Shown here: piece after piece, positions 20,672 to 29,806 of the stretch
Layout of the letters: every line of letters starts with the position of its first letter
How positions within the stretch are numbered: the first letter of the stretch is position 1
Source of the DNA: an uncultured Nitrososphaerota archaeon
GTDB taxonomy: Archaea; Thermoproteota; Nitrososphaeria; Nitrososphaerales; Gagatemarchaeaceae
Direction of reading: 5' to 3'
Length of the DNA: 64,000 nt
Assembly (NCBI GenBank): GCA_963838925.1
Contig: CAWISW010000003.1
Coordinates: 320,001 to 384,000, forward strand
Program-made: the position numbers and the translations under genes
Notes under the pieces: generated by a model
Databases searched by the model: none
What the model saw: the letters and a program-made list of their open reading frames with translations, nothing else
What the model was told of the DNA's origin: nothing

Positions 20672-23530
20672 TTGGCGCAATACGAGAAGCACTGGCTCAA
20701 GGTGTGGAACGAGAAGCGGATCTTCGAGTCCGAGTCCGTCCCGGGGCGGAAGAAGGCCTTCGTCACCTTCCCCTTCGCGTACATGAACGGGCCGCTCCAC
20801 ATTGGGCACTGCTTCACGGCGACGCGCGTCGACATCTACGCGCGCTTCAAGAGGATGCAGGGCTTCAACGTCCTCTTCCCCTGGGCATGGCACTGGACGG
20901 GCGAGAGCATCCCCGGGATGAGCTACCGCCTCTCGCAGGGGGACGAGGGGGTGCGCAAGGCCTTCCTCGAGATCGACGGCGTCCCAGAGAAGGAGGTGGA
21001 GCGGTTCGTCGACCCCGAGTACCTCGCTTCCTACTACACGCGGGTGAGCCGCGAGGCCGTGAAGGACACGGGCTTCTCGATAGACTGGAGGCGCGAGTTC
21101 AGGACGGTCGACCCCGCGTTCAAGAAGTTCATCGACTGGCAGTACCTGAGGCTCCGCGAGCTGGGCTACGTCGTCCAGGGGACGCACCCGGTGGTCTGGT
21201 GCAGCCACGACGAGAGCCCCACGGGCGACCACGACAGGATGGAGGGAGAGGGCGTCACACCCGAGGAGTTCAACCTGATCAAGTTCGAGGTCGAAGAAGA
21301 AGACCTCGAGGGCGGGAAGAGGAAGTGGCTGGTCGCGGGCACCCTCCGCCCCGAGACCATCTTCGGGGCGACCAACGTCTGGGTCCATCCGCATGGGAAG
21401 TACGTCGAGGCCCAGGTCGACGGGGAGGCGTGGATAGTCAGCAGGTCGGCCGTGACGAAGCTCAAGGAGCAGCTCCACGACGCGAAGATCACCGACGAGT
21501 TCGACGGCTCTACGCTCCTAGGCCTGATGGTCAAGGCGCCCATAACGGGGAAGAGCCTCCCGGTCCTCCCCGCGACCTTCGTAGACGAGGAGCTCGTGAC
21601 GGGGGTGGTCTACAGCGTCCCTGCGCACGCGCCCTACGACTACATGGGGCTCCTCGACGTGCAGGAGGAGAGGGTGAAGGCTCCTCCCCCAGTGCTGCGC
21701 CTCGCCAGGGCGCTCAAGCCGATTTCGATAGTCTCCGTCCAAGGATACTCGGCGATCCCTGCGGAGGACGAGGTCAAGAAGCGCGGGATCAAGGACTCGA
21801 ACGACGCCAAGCTCGAGGACGCGACGGCCGAGGTCTACAAGGCGGAGTTCCACCGCGGCGTAATGAAGGAGAACTGCGACGGCTTCAAGGGTCTGAAGGT
21901 GAGCGACGCCAAGCCGAAGGTCATCGAGGAGATGAAGCGGAAAGGCCTCCTCTCGGTCATGCAGGAGCTCCCCCAGAGGGTCGTCTGCAAGTGCGGCACG
22001 AGGTGCTACGTCAAGATACTCGAGAACCAGTGGTTCCTGAACTACTCCGACCCAGCGTGGAAGGAGCGGACAAAGACCCTCATCAGGGCGGCCAACGTCT
22101 ATCCAGAGCAGTCGCTCGAGTGGTACTTCTCGACCATCGACTGGCTGCGCAACTGGCCGTGCGCGAGGAAGTCGGGGATGGGCACGAAGCTCCCCTGGGA
22201 CAAGGAGTGGATAGTCGAGACGCTCTCGGACTCCACCATCTACATGGCGTTCTACACGATATGCCAGTTCGTCAACTCGGAGAAGGTGAAGTTCGACCAG
22301 CTCCTCCCCGAGGTCTTCGACTACCTGCTCCTGGGGAAGGGCTCGGAGGCGCACGTCTCCAAGCTCTCCGGCATAGAGCTGAAGCTCCTGAAGGCCATGA
22401 GGAACGAGTTCACCTACTGGTACCCCGTCGACCTGAGGAACTCCGCCAAGGAGCTGATCCCCAACCACCTCACCTTCTACGCCTTCCACCACGTGGCGCT
22501 CTTCGAGCAGAAGTACTGGCCGCGGGGGTTCAGCGTCAACGGGATGATCCAGATAGAGGGCCAGAAGATGAGCAAGTCGAGGAACGTCTTCATCACGTGG
22601 AGGCACGCGCTCGAGCAGTACGGCGCGGACGGCCTGCGTGCCACCCTCGCCCTCGCCGCCGACGGTATGGACGACGCCGACTGGAAGGCAAAGAACGCGG
22701 AGGACATCAGCGCGAAGATAGACTCCCTCTTCCCGTTCATCGAGAAGGCGCTGGCATCCTCGACGGAGCGGCAGATCGAGCTGTCCGACCGCTGGCTGCT
22801 ATCCGTCATCCACGGTCGCATCGAGGTCGCGACCAAGTCTCTGGAGGAGATGAAGATCCGGAAGGCGCTCTCGGTGGCGCTTCTCGACGTCTGGAACGAC
22901 ATCCGCTGGTACCTGAGGAGGTCGGAGAAGCCGAGGCACGACACCCTCAAGCTGGTCTTCGAGACCTGGATACGGCTGGTCGCGCCCTTCATCCCGTTCG
23001 CCGCGGAGGAGCTCAACACCAGGATGGGGAACAAGGGGCTCATCGCGACGGCGGACTGGCCTTCTGTAGTGGAGTTCCCGCTGGACGAGGCGGCAGAGGT
23101 CTCCGAGCTGCTGGTCGCGAAGGTAATCGAGGACGCCAGGAACTTGCTCAAGATAATCAAGGAGCAGAAGACCCGCCTCACGATCTACGTCGCGTCCGAC
23201 ACGGCCTCTCAGTACTTCCTCGAGCTGGCGAACACGGACAAGGGAGAGAAGGGCAACAGGGGCGAGGTGATCAAGAAGTACGCCTCCTCGGGCATAAAGC
23301 CCGACAGGGTGATCAAGCTGCAATACGAGCTAGGCCAGGAGCTGGTCGCGAGGCTCACCTCGCTGGGCAAGTTCGACGAATTCGATGTCCTCAGCGACGC
23401 CGCGCCCTTCCTCTCCAACGAGATAGGCATCGAGGTCCGGGTCTTCAAGGCGGCGGGCAAGAAGGTCGAGGACCCCGCCAACAAGGCGAAGGACGCCCTC
23501 CCGTTCAAGCCCTCGTTCTATCTAGAATAA
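20672..23530 (+). CDS. leuS: Leucine--tRNA ligase (archaeal type)
   Basis: YMNGPLHIGH, TLRPET, SVPAHAPYD, KMSKS, KALPFKP-like C-terminus. Confidence 0.97.
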   Translation: MAQYEKHWLKVWNEKRIFESESVPGRKKAFVTFPFAYMNGPLHIGHCFTATRVDIYARFKRMQGFNVLFPWAWHWTGESIPGMSYRLSQGDEGVRKAFLEIDGVPEKEVERFVDPEYLASYYTRVSREAVKDTGFSIDWRREFRTVDPAFKKFIDWQYLRLRELGYVVQGTHPVVWCSHDESPTGDHDRMEGEGVTPEEFNLIKFEVEEEDLEGGKRKWLVAGTLRPETIFGATNVWVHPHGKYVEAQVDGEAWIVSRSAVTKLKEQLHDAKITDEFDGSTLLGLMVKAPITGKSLPVLPATFVDEELVTGVVYSVPAHAPYDYMGLLDVQEERVKAPPPVLRLARALKPISIVSVQGYSAIPAEDEVKKRGIKDSNDAKLEDATAEVYKAEFHRGVMKENCDGFKGLKVSDAKPKVIEEMKRKGLLSVMQELPQRVVCKCGTRCYVKILENQWFLNYSDPAWKERTKTLIRAANVYPEQSLEWYFSTIDWLRNWPCARKSGMGTKLPWDKEWIVETLSDSTIYMAFYTICQFVNSEKVKFDQLLPEVFDYLLLGKGSEAHVSKLSGIELKLLKAMRNEFTYWYPVDLRNSAKELIPNHLTFYAFHHVALFEQKYWPRGFSVNGMIQIEGQKMSKSRNVFITWRHALEQYGADGLRATLALAADGMDDADWKAKNAEDISAKIDSLFPFIEKALASSTERQIELSDRWLLSVIHGRIEVATKSLEEMKIRKALSVALLDVWNDIRWYLRRSEKPRHDTLKLVFETWIRLVAPFIPFAAEELNTRMGNKGLIATADWPSVVEFPLDEAAEVSELLVAKVIEDARNLLKIIKEQKTRLTIYVASDTASQYFLELANTDKGEKGNRGEVIKKYASSGIKPDRVIKLQYELGQELVARLTSLGKFDEFDVLSDAAPFLSNEIGIEVRVFKAAGKKVEDPANKAKDALPFKPSFYLE

Positions 23531-23542
23531 GCGAAATGCCCA

Positions 23543-24241
23543 CTACGGCGAGGTGCCGGGGCCTACCTCTCCGAATCCAGGCATCTGTGTCCATGTTGTC
23601 AAGAAATCCCAGGTCTCATTTGAGATTACCCAACTCCCAGCGCTGATAACCCATTGCTGTTCGACAGACACTGTAGCGTTCGCACCGGCCCAGAACACGG
23701 TTCTGCCGCTGACGAAGAGGCTGAACGTCGCGTTGACGGTAGAGGGTCCAATGGATCTCGAACTGAGATTGGAGACAGTGATTGTGGGTGTTGGAACAAA
23801 ATCATGGAATCCATATGAATAGATGCTCCTAATGGAATCGATGCCGACGTAAGATCCCTTGTCGTTGTAAGGAGCGCCGCCGTATGACGTGATGTTCCCC
23901 GTCAAGGCCAATCTCGACGAATTGGTGTAGAATTGGAGGACCCCCGAGTAGTTCCCACTTCCTGCTGTGCCTCCAAGTTGCTGCATGCCTAGAACCAGCT
24001 GGCTGATGTCGGAATCTACCTGCAGGGCGTTCGAATCTTCGGAGGAAGTCGACAAAGCCGTCGTAGAGTGCGCCTCAGAACTTGTGATCTGAGGCTTGTT
24101 CAAGGCGTATTGGAAAGCGGCTACCAAGATGACTGCCGCTACCAGCACGGCTACCAAGACTCCAAGCCGAACTCTGCGTTGGCGCCAGGAGAAGTTAGAG
24201 CGTGGAGCGGGGCCAGCCAAGGCACCGGTCTTGATGCCCAA
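23543..24241 (-). CDS. Membrane-anchored NTF2/SnoaL-like protein (accessory family A)
   Basis: N-terminal TM; GSY.G...I and W.ISNETWDF shared with 42227, 47080 and 51646 genes. Confidence 0.75.
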   Translation of the reverse strand: MGIKTGALAGPAPRSNFSWRQRRVRLGVLVAVLVAAVILVAAFQYALNKPQITSSEAHSTTALSTSSEDSNALQVDSDISQLVLGMQQLGGTAGSGNYSGVLQFYTNSSRLALTGNITSYGGAPYNDKGSYVGIDSIRSIYSYGFHDFVPTPTITVSNLSSRSIGPSTVNATFSLFVSGRTVFWAGANATVSVEQQWVISAGSWVISNETWDFLTTWTQMPGFGEVGPGTSP

Positions 24242-24285
24242 GCCCCGTATTTAGTTTGCAGTTGCTGTCAATGACAATGACTGCT

Positions 24286-24327
24286 AAAAGAAAAGAGGAG
24301 GAGGTGTGAGACGCGGACCGAAGTCCG
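24286..24327 (-). terminator. cUUCGg hairpin plus T-tracts after the DUF5679 gene
   Basis: Minus strand CGGAC-TTCG-GTCCG followed by CTTTTCTTTT. Confidence 0.5.
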
Positions 24328-24330
24328 GCC

Positions 24331-24480
24331 TCAGCCACCGATTCTGAACATTTTTGTCGAACAGACTGGGCAGGTGCCTTGCGTCGCCTTCTTCCCGTTC
24401 TTCATTACGATTCCTTTGGAATCTTTCATTTCTCTCTTGGCCTTGCAACGGACACAGTACGCAGTTACGGAGTTGGGCAT
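24331..24480 (-). CDS. DUF5679 family small basic zinc-ribbon protein (49 aa; not in ORF track)
   Basis: AYCVRCKAKREMK...MKNGKKATQGTCPVCSTKMFRIG; TTATA box ~30 nt upstream. Confidence 0.85.
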   Translation of the reverse strand: MPNSVTAYCVRCKAKREMKDSKGIVMKNGKKATQGTCPVCSTKMFRIGG

Positions 24481-24561
24481 GGTTGCGAATTGTCTGGCTC
24501 AGGGGGTATAAGCGCGATTGCATCACACCACGTTGACAAAAAGGCAAACGGTTTCAGCCAC

Positions 24562-25143
24562 TCAGTCATCATCTGCGAACTCGCGAATCTTCTGCAGAGT
24601 TTGGTTTTCGTCTAGCAAGTCATGCTCCCAAATTATGAGAGTATCGTATCCAAATCGCCTGAAGTGTGCGACTCTCTCATCCGTCGTCTCCCGTGCTTTC
24701 ACAGTGTGCCAATAGTCCCCAAAAAGCTCTATGAGTTGCTTCTTGTCATTTGTGCTTACGAAGTCAGGACACTTTCCGCCAACTAGGAGTTCCCAGTTGC
24801 CGACATATCGAAATTGCAATCCATTTCTATTGATCAGGTCGATTAGTCTTAGTTCCAGCTTGTTCGGCTTCTTGTGCTCCCCGACCATCATCTTCCGTAG
24901 TTGCTCTTCCTTATGCAGTCTCCAGAACTCTTTGTGCTTTGGATTTGGTCTGCCTCTCTTAGTGTCGGCCATCTTTTTCGCATACACGGGGTTCTTCATA
25001 GGATTCCTGTCCCCCATCTTTGAAAGACTCGCCTTCCGCTTCCAATCTTCCGATTTTGGGATTCCTTTCAGTAACGCGCCATACTTGTTTCCTGGCTTGA
25101 ACCAGCCTTTCTTCCGTAGCGTCTCCTTCGAGTCTGGCAACAC
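24562..25143 (-). CDS. NUMOD3-repeat + Vsr/DUF559-like endonuclease (free-standing homing-endonuclease type)
   Basis: GIPKSEDWKRKASLSKMG.RNPM repeats, PNKLE, PDF...IELFGDYWH...LIIWEHD; visibly AT-rich. Confidence 0.8.
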   Translation of the reverse strand: MLPDSKETLRKKGWFKPGNKYGALLKGIPKSEDWKRKASLSKMGDRNPMKNPVYAKKMADTKRGRPNPKHKEFWRLHKEEQLRKMMVGEHKKPNKLELRLIDLINRNGLQFRYVGNWELLVGGKCPDFVSTNDKKQLIELFGDYWHTVKARETTDERVAHFRRFGYDTLIIWEHDLLDENQTLQKIREFADDD

Positions 25144-25249
25144 GCAAGTAATTGGATTCGCCTAATATTCACCAACCGGGAACCAATTCAGAAATCGGAA
25201 GTAAACTCTTCACTCTTTAACTACCAATAACCACAGAGTTTCAAACCGA

Positions 25250-26290
25250 TTGGCAACGATCCTCTACGCCGTGAGCCCAATCGGCTTCGGGCACGCATCC
25301 CGCTCAGCGGCAATCGGCCTCAAGTTGAGGCAGAGGTCGCTCGAGCCGGAGTTCGCCACGGGGGGCCCCGCAGTCGAGTTCCTGAGGTCCTACGGCTTCA
25401 AGGTCCACGACGTCGTAAGCGAGCCAGTGCCCACCGAGTCCGGGGGAGAGATGAAGATGGCCGCTCTTTGGTATCTCAGGTACTGGTTCGGGTACAGGTC
25501 GACGAGCAGGAAGATGACAGAGCTTGTGTCAAGGCTCTCCCCCAACCTCATAGTCGGCGACGAGGAGTTCTCGTCCGTCTCGCTCGCGGTCGCGAGGGGG
25601 GTCCCGCACGCGATGATCTCCGACGAGCTCCAGCTCGGGTTCGCGAGAGGCGCAATCGCGAGGAGGGTGGAGGCAAGCGTGAGCGAGTGGTATTCCAACC
25701 TCCAGAGGAGCGTCTCCAACCTTCTGGTGCCCAGTTTCGGGACGGACAGCGGAAACATCCACTACATGACGCCCGTGACGAGGGAGGTAACAAAGACGCG
25801 CGACGAATCGAGGGACGAGCACGGCCTGCCCCTCGAATCTGGCGTCATCCTATTCAGCTCGAGCGGGACAGGAATCGGGAAGTTCCTCCTGAACAGGTCG
25901 CAGGAGGCCTTCGGGAAGGTTTGCACTCACTCCGAGGTGTTCGCGGCGTCCGGCACCGGAACGCCGACAACGAAAGCCCCCAACGTCCGCAATCTGGGCA
26001 TCGTCCGAGACAACCAGAACCTCGTATCGGCAGCCGACCTGGTAATCTCGACTGCAGGGAAGAGCACCATAGACGAAGCCGTCAGCAGCGGGACGCCGAT
26101 CATCGCGATTCCGATCAAGAACCACGTGGAACAGGAGAGGAACGCAGCCGAGCTCGGCTTCACCTTCGGCGACCTCGAAAGGCTGGCGGAGCTGATCGCG
26201 AAGCTTCTGGGGAAGAGGCGCGAGCCCGCGCACTATGCCGGTGCGCAGAGGACCGCCGACTATCTCGCTTCGCTCTTGCCCGCGAGCTAG
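25250..26290 (+). CDS. GT-B glycosyltransferase (GT28/MurG-like)
   Basis: GFGHASR, ADLVISTAGKSTIDEA, HVEQERNA. Confidence 0.85.
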   Translation: MATILYAVSPIGFGHASRSAAIGLKLRQRSLEPEFATGGPAVEFLRSYGFKVHDVVSEPVPTESGGEMKMAALWYLRYWFGYRSTSRKMTELVSRLSPNLIVGDEEFSSVSLAVARGVPHAMISDELQLGFARGAIARRVEASVSEWYSNLQRSVSNLLVPSFGTDSGNIHYMTPVTREVTKTRDESRDEHGLPLESGVILFSSSGTGIGKFLLNRSQEAFGKVCTHSEVFAASGTGTPTTKAPNVRNLGIVRDNQNLVSAADLVISTAGKSTIDEAVSSGTPIIAIPIKNHVEQERNAAELGFTFGDLERLAELIAKLLGKRREPAHYAGAQRTADYLASLLPAS

Positions 26291-26838
26291 GCCTTCGTCT
26301 TTGTTCTAGCTTTCACCGTGCGCTTCCCGCGGAGGGAGAGCTCGCGGATGGCCAACATTACGGCGTCTTCCGGGCTGCTTCCTTCGAGCACCTTGCTCCT
26401 CCGCCTTTCGTCGATGTATCTTCCAGCCCATTCGTCCGCAACGCCCCCGGTGCCCTTGACGGCCACTATCGGCTTTCCCTCCTGGTAGGCCGCGGCCGCC
26501 TCGCTCAGGGTCCCCGCCCCGCCCCCGACGACCACCATCGCGTCTCCCGAGTACGCGACAAGAAAGTTCCTAGACCTCCCCATCCCCGTGGACACGACGC
26601 AGTCGCAGTACCTGTTCGCTTGGGCTGAGTCGGCGGACGGTATGATCCCAACAGCATGGCCTCCAGCCTCGAACGCGCCCTTGCTGGCAGCCTCCATCAC
26701 CCCTCCGAGACCGCCGCAGACGAGGGTCCCGCCCTCTTTCGCTATCGCCTTCCCGACCCGATACGCCGCGTCGCGCGCGACATCGGTGCACGAGTCATCA
26801 TCGTAGCCCACGACGGAGATCTGGACGCGCCGAGCCAT
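26287..26838 (-). CDS. LOG/SLOG family protein (TIGR00725-like)
   Basis: CGGLGGVMEAASKGA, TGMGRSRN, GGGAGTLSE. Confidence 0.88.
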   Translation of the reverse strand: MARRVQISVVGYDDDSCTDVARDAAYRVGKAIAKEGGTLVCGGLGGVMEAASKGAFEAGGHAVGIIPSADSAQANRYCDCVVSTGMGRSRNFLVAYSGDAMVVVGGGAGTLSEAAAAYQEGKPIVAVKGTGGVADEWAGRYIDERRRSKVLEGSSPEDAVMLAIRELSLRGKRTVKARTKTKA

Positions 26839-26901
26839 GTCCACCACGGTCCTCGTCGAGCCCTTAAAGACTCCACAGCCCGTCGAACTGCAGACACCAA
26901 C

Positions 26902-27579
26902 ATGGAGAGGGCGCTGTACGCAGACCGGGCACAGGCGGGAGAGGCGCTCGCGGCCGCCGTTAAGAGGGAGCTGGGGCAGAAGCTGCCGGCCGGGAGGCCG
27001 CTCGTCTTGGCGATACCCAGGGGAGGAGTCCCGATAGGCCGCGATGTCGCCGAGGCCCTCGACGCCGAACTCGACCTAGTCGTCCCGAGGAAGCTCGGGG
27101 CAGAGGGGAACCCAGAGTACGCCATCGGGGCCGTGATGCCGGACGGAGCCCTCTACCTCAACCAGGAAGCCCTCAGCATCACGGGGGCCACCGCCGAGTA
27201 CATAGCAGCGGAGAAGGCCCGTGAGATGAAAGAGGGTGCGAGGCGCCTCGAGGCCTATCGCGACGGGCGCAAAGAACCCGCGCTCTCCGGGAGGGCCGTG
27301 ATTGTCGTAGACGACGGCGTCGCCACTGGAGCCACGATGATCGCCGCGCTCAGGTCTGTCAGGCTCCGAGGGGCGAGCTTTGTCGTCGCCGCGGCTCCCG
27401 TGGCGCCACCGAGCACCATCGAGGAGCTGAGGCACGAGGCGGACGTAGTGGTGTGCCCGTACGCCCCCGAGCCTTTCTACGCGATAGGCGCCTTCTACGG
27501 GGTCTTCTCACAAGTGAGCGACGAGGAGGTGGAGGAGATCCTTCAAGAATACTGGAACCGTCCAGAAAAGAAGCGCTGA
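26902..27579 (+). CDS. Type I phosphoribosyltransferase
   Basis: LAIPRGGVP, RKLGA, VVDDGVATGAT. Confidence 0.9.
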   Translation: MERALYADRAQAGEALAAAVKRELGQKLPAGRPLVLAIPRGGVPIGRDVAEALDAELDLVVPRKLGAEGNPEYAIGAVMPDGALYLNQEALSITGATAEYIAAEKAREMKEGARRLEAYRDGRKEPALSGRAVIVVDDGVATGATMIAALRSVRLRGASFVVAAAPVAPPSTIEELRHEADVVVCPYAPEPFYAIGAFYGVFSQVSDEEVEEILQEYWNRPEKKR

Positions 27580-27644
27580 GTTTTTCTCCCTTGGATAGGA
27601 GGGGCGCATTTGTGCCTCCCGCGGGTGCCCTGGGGTCCTAGCCG

Positions 27645-28526
27645 ATGGTATCAGCCGCTATCATCCTCGGGGTCGTCCTCGCGTTCTGCTTCGGGACCTC
27701 GGACTTCCTCTCGAAGGGCCTCACAGGAAAGGTCGGGTTCTACCGCACCACGGTGTACACGCTGGCGACCAGCGGAGCCTTGGTGTTCGTTCCGTTGCTC
27801 TTCTTGGGCGCCCCGAGCGTCCCCTCGCTGACCGGCGTGGCTATCCTCGCACTGATCTCGGTGTCGACCTTCATCGCGTTCTTGTTCATGTACCGCGGTT
27901 ACCAGAAGGGGCACCTCTCGGTGGTCTCGCCCACCGTCAACTCGTTTCCGATCTTCTCAGTCTTCTTCGCGGTCTTCGTGCTGGGGATCGACCTCTCCTA
28001 CGAGGTGCTGCTCGCCCTCGTCGGCGTGATCGTTGGAATCCTCCTGGTCTCGACAAACGTCTCCGCCTTGAGGTCCTCCAACGGGAGGAGCCTCACGCCC
28101 GGCGTCCCGGAGGCCGTGCTGGCTGCGTTCTTCTTCGCCGTCGGCTTCACGGCCCTGGGCTACGCGGAGGAGACGGTGGGGTACCTCCTTCCGGTCCTCG
28201 CGGCAAGGCTCGGCGCCGCCTCCGTCGGACTCCTGACCGGCTTCGCCCTTAAGCAGAACTTGCAGCCCTTCGGCGGCAAGCCGTTCCTTCGCCTGTTCGC
28301 GATGGGGGCTCTCGAGGCGTCGGGAATCCTCGCGTTCACCCTCGCGCTCTACTACTCCTCGGGCATCGCCGTCCTCCCGATAACGACGACGCTCGGAGGA
28401 ATGGGAGTTGTCTTCACGGTAGGATACGCGCTGGTGCTGCTTAAGGAGAGGGTCGCGCCCAACTACGCGGTCGGCATCGTAATCCTGATCGCTAGCGTAG
28501 GCGCGCTTCTCTACTTCACGGCTTGA
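27645..28526 (+). CDS. EamA/DMT family transporter
   Basis: ~10 TMs in two repeats, LSVVSP and LLKER. Confidence 0.88.
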   Translation: MVSAAIILGVVLAFCFGTSDFLSKGLTGKVGFYRTTVYTLATSGALVFVPLLFLGAPSVPSLTGVAILALISVSTFIAFLFMYRGYQKGHLSVVSPTVNSFPIFSVFFAVFVLGIDLSYEVLLALVGVIVGILLVSTNVSALRSSNGRSLTPGVPEAVLAAFFFAVGFTALGYAEETVGYLLPVLAARLGAASVGLLTGFALKQNLQPFGGKPFLRLFAMGALEASGILAFTLALYYSSGIAVLPITTTLGGMGVVFTVGYALVLLKERVAPNYAVGIVILIASVGALLYFTA

Positions 28527-29211
28527 GCGAGAAGTAGAGCCGCCTGTTGCTCTTCCCCTTGTTCTCGATGCGGTTGACGACTATCTCCCCAATCTCCGAC
28601 GTGTTCTTGACGTGCACGCCTCCGTCGGCTTGAGTGTCGATATCCCCGATCTGGACTATCCTCAGCTCCGCGACCGCAGGCGGGAGGGCGTCCGCCAGCT
28701 TCACGAAGCCCGGCGTGCTCAGAGCCTCCTCCCTCTTCATGAAGAACGTCTTCACCTCCGCCCCCCTTGCCGCGGCCTCGTTGGCCATCTTCACGTAGCC
28801 AGCCACCTTCTCCCTGTCGAACGCCTCCAAGGAGAAGTCTATCCGTGACTCGATGGGCGCGATCTGGTTCCCAGTGATCAGGGCCCCGGTCTCGCGGTTG
28901 ACGACCGCGCTCAGTATGTGCGCCGTGGTGTGCATCCTCATCACCCTGTGCCTCCTCTCCCAGTCGATGACGCCGTGGACGGCGTCACCCACTTTGAACG
29001 AGGCTCCTCCTAGGACGTGGTAGATCTCCTCGTCCTTCTTGATTACCTCAGTCACCTCCACGCCGTTCAGCTTCCCAACATCGGATACAAGGCCACCTCC
29101 GCGCGGGTTGAACGCCGTCCTGTCCAGCCTCACGCCGTTCTCGTCGACGGACTCGACCTTGGCGTCGAACTCGCGCAGATACATGTCCTGCCAAAAGAGC
29201 TTCTCAGTCAT
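28516..29211 (-). CDS. alaXM: AlaX-M trans-editing protein
   Basis: LDRTAFNPRGGG, MRMHTTAH, QADGGVHV. Confidence 0.9.
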   Translation of the reverse strand: MTEKLFWQDMYLREFDAKVESVDENGVRLDRTAFNPRGGGLVSDVGKLNGVEVTEVIKKDEEIYHVLGGASFKVGDAVHGVIDWERRHRVMRMHTTAHILSAVVNRETGALITGNQIAPIESRIDFSLEAFDREKVAGYVKMANEAAARGAEVKTFFMKREEALSTPGFVKLADALPPAVAELRIVQIGDIDTQADGGVHVKNTSEIGEIVVNRIENKGKSNRRLYFSLKP

Positions 29212-29292
29212 CGAGCGGACCTCACCGAAAGACCCCCTGCGACTCGACTGCCTGAATAAATATCCGGGGCGCCCCGAGGGCCCGAAAGTCGC

Positions 29293-29802
29293 GTGGCGGC
29301 GCTGAGACAGGTGAACAGGGTCAGGCTTCTGATAATGCTCGCCGTCCTCATCCCTCTCGCAATCCTCGCGACCTACATCCTTGTATATGATTCTACCCCG
29401 ATTGCCAGCTCGCCCAACGTCCACTACTCCACCTTCTCCGTTGGGAGCAAGACGTTCGATCTCACCTACCTCGCGACGAACCAGAGCGCGCTGCAGAAGG
29501 GGCTCATGGGAGTGAAGGTCACCGGCAGCACCACCGAGCTCTTCGTCTTCCCCAACGCGGGCTACTACTCCTTCTGGATGTACGGGGTAAACTCGAGCCT
29601 CGACATCATGTGGGTGGACGCCCAGCCCGGGAGCAACGTCGGCAGCGTCGTCTACATGGCAGCCAACGCGCCCCCGTGCACGTTGCCCGTCATCTGCACC
29701 TCCTACCAGCCCACCGCGAGGGCCAACTTCGTGATCGAGGCCAAGGGCGGGTTCGCGGCGGCGAACGGAATCAAGCTCGGGACGACGGTAACCTTCGGCT
29801 AG
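29293..29802 (+). CDS. DUF192 family exported protein
   Basis: QKGLM, FWM...SLDIMW, FVIE..GGF. Confidence 0.85.
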   Translation: MAALRQVNRVRLLIMLAVLIPLAILATYILVYDSTPIASSPNVHYSTFSVGSKTFDLTYLATNQSALQKGLMGVKVTGSTTELFVFPNAGYYSFWMYGVNSSLDIMWVDAQPGSNVGSVVYMAANAPPCTLPVICTSYQPTARANFVIEAKGGFAAANGIKLGTTVTFG

Positions 29803-29806
29803 GCGC

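Noticed and set aside
23531-23556. Possible ninth repeat A copy after leuS (GCGAAATGCCCACTACGGCGAGGTGC)
   Set aside because: Needs two gaps, lacks AATGAACCC, and overlaps coding sequence.
20704-23646. 980-aa ORF overlapping leuS, and similar long alternate-frame or antisense ORFs (114-1331, 19049-20185, 25468-26628)
   Set aside because: Arg/Gly/Pro-rich shadow frames produced by strong GC3 bias over well-supported genes.
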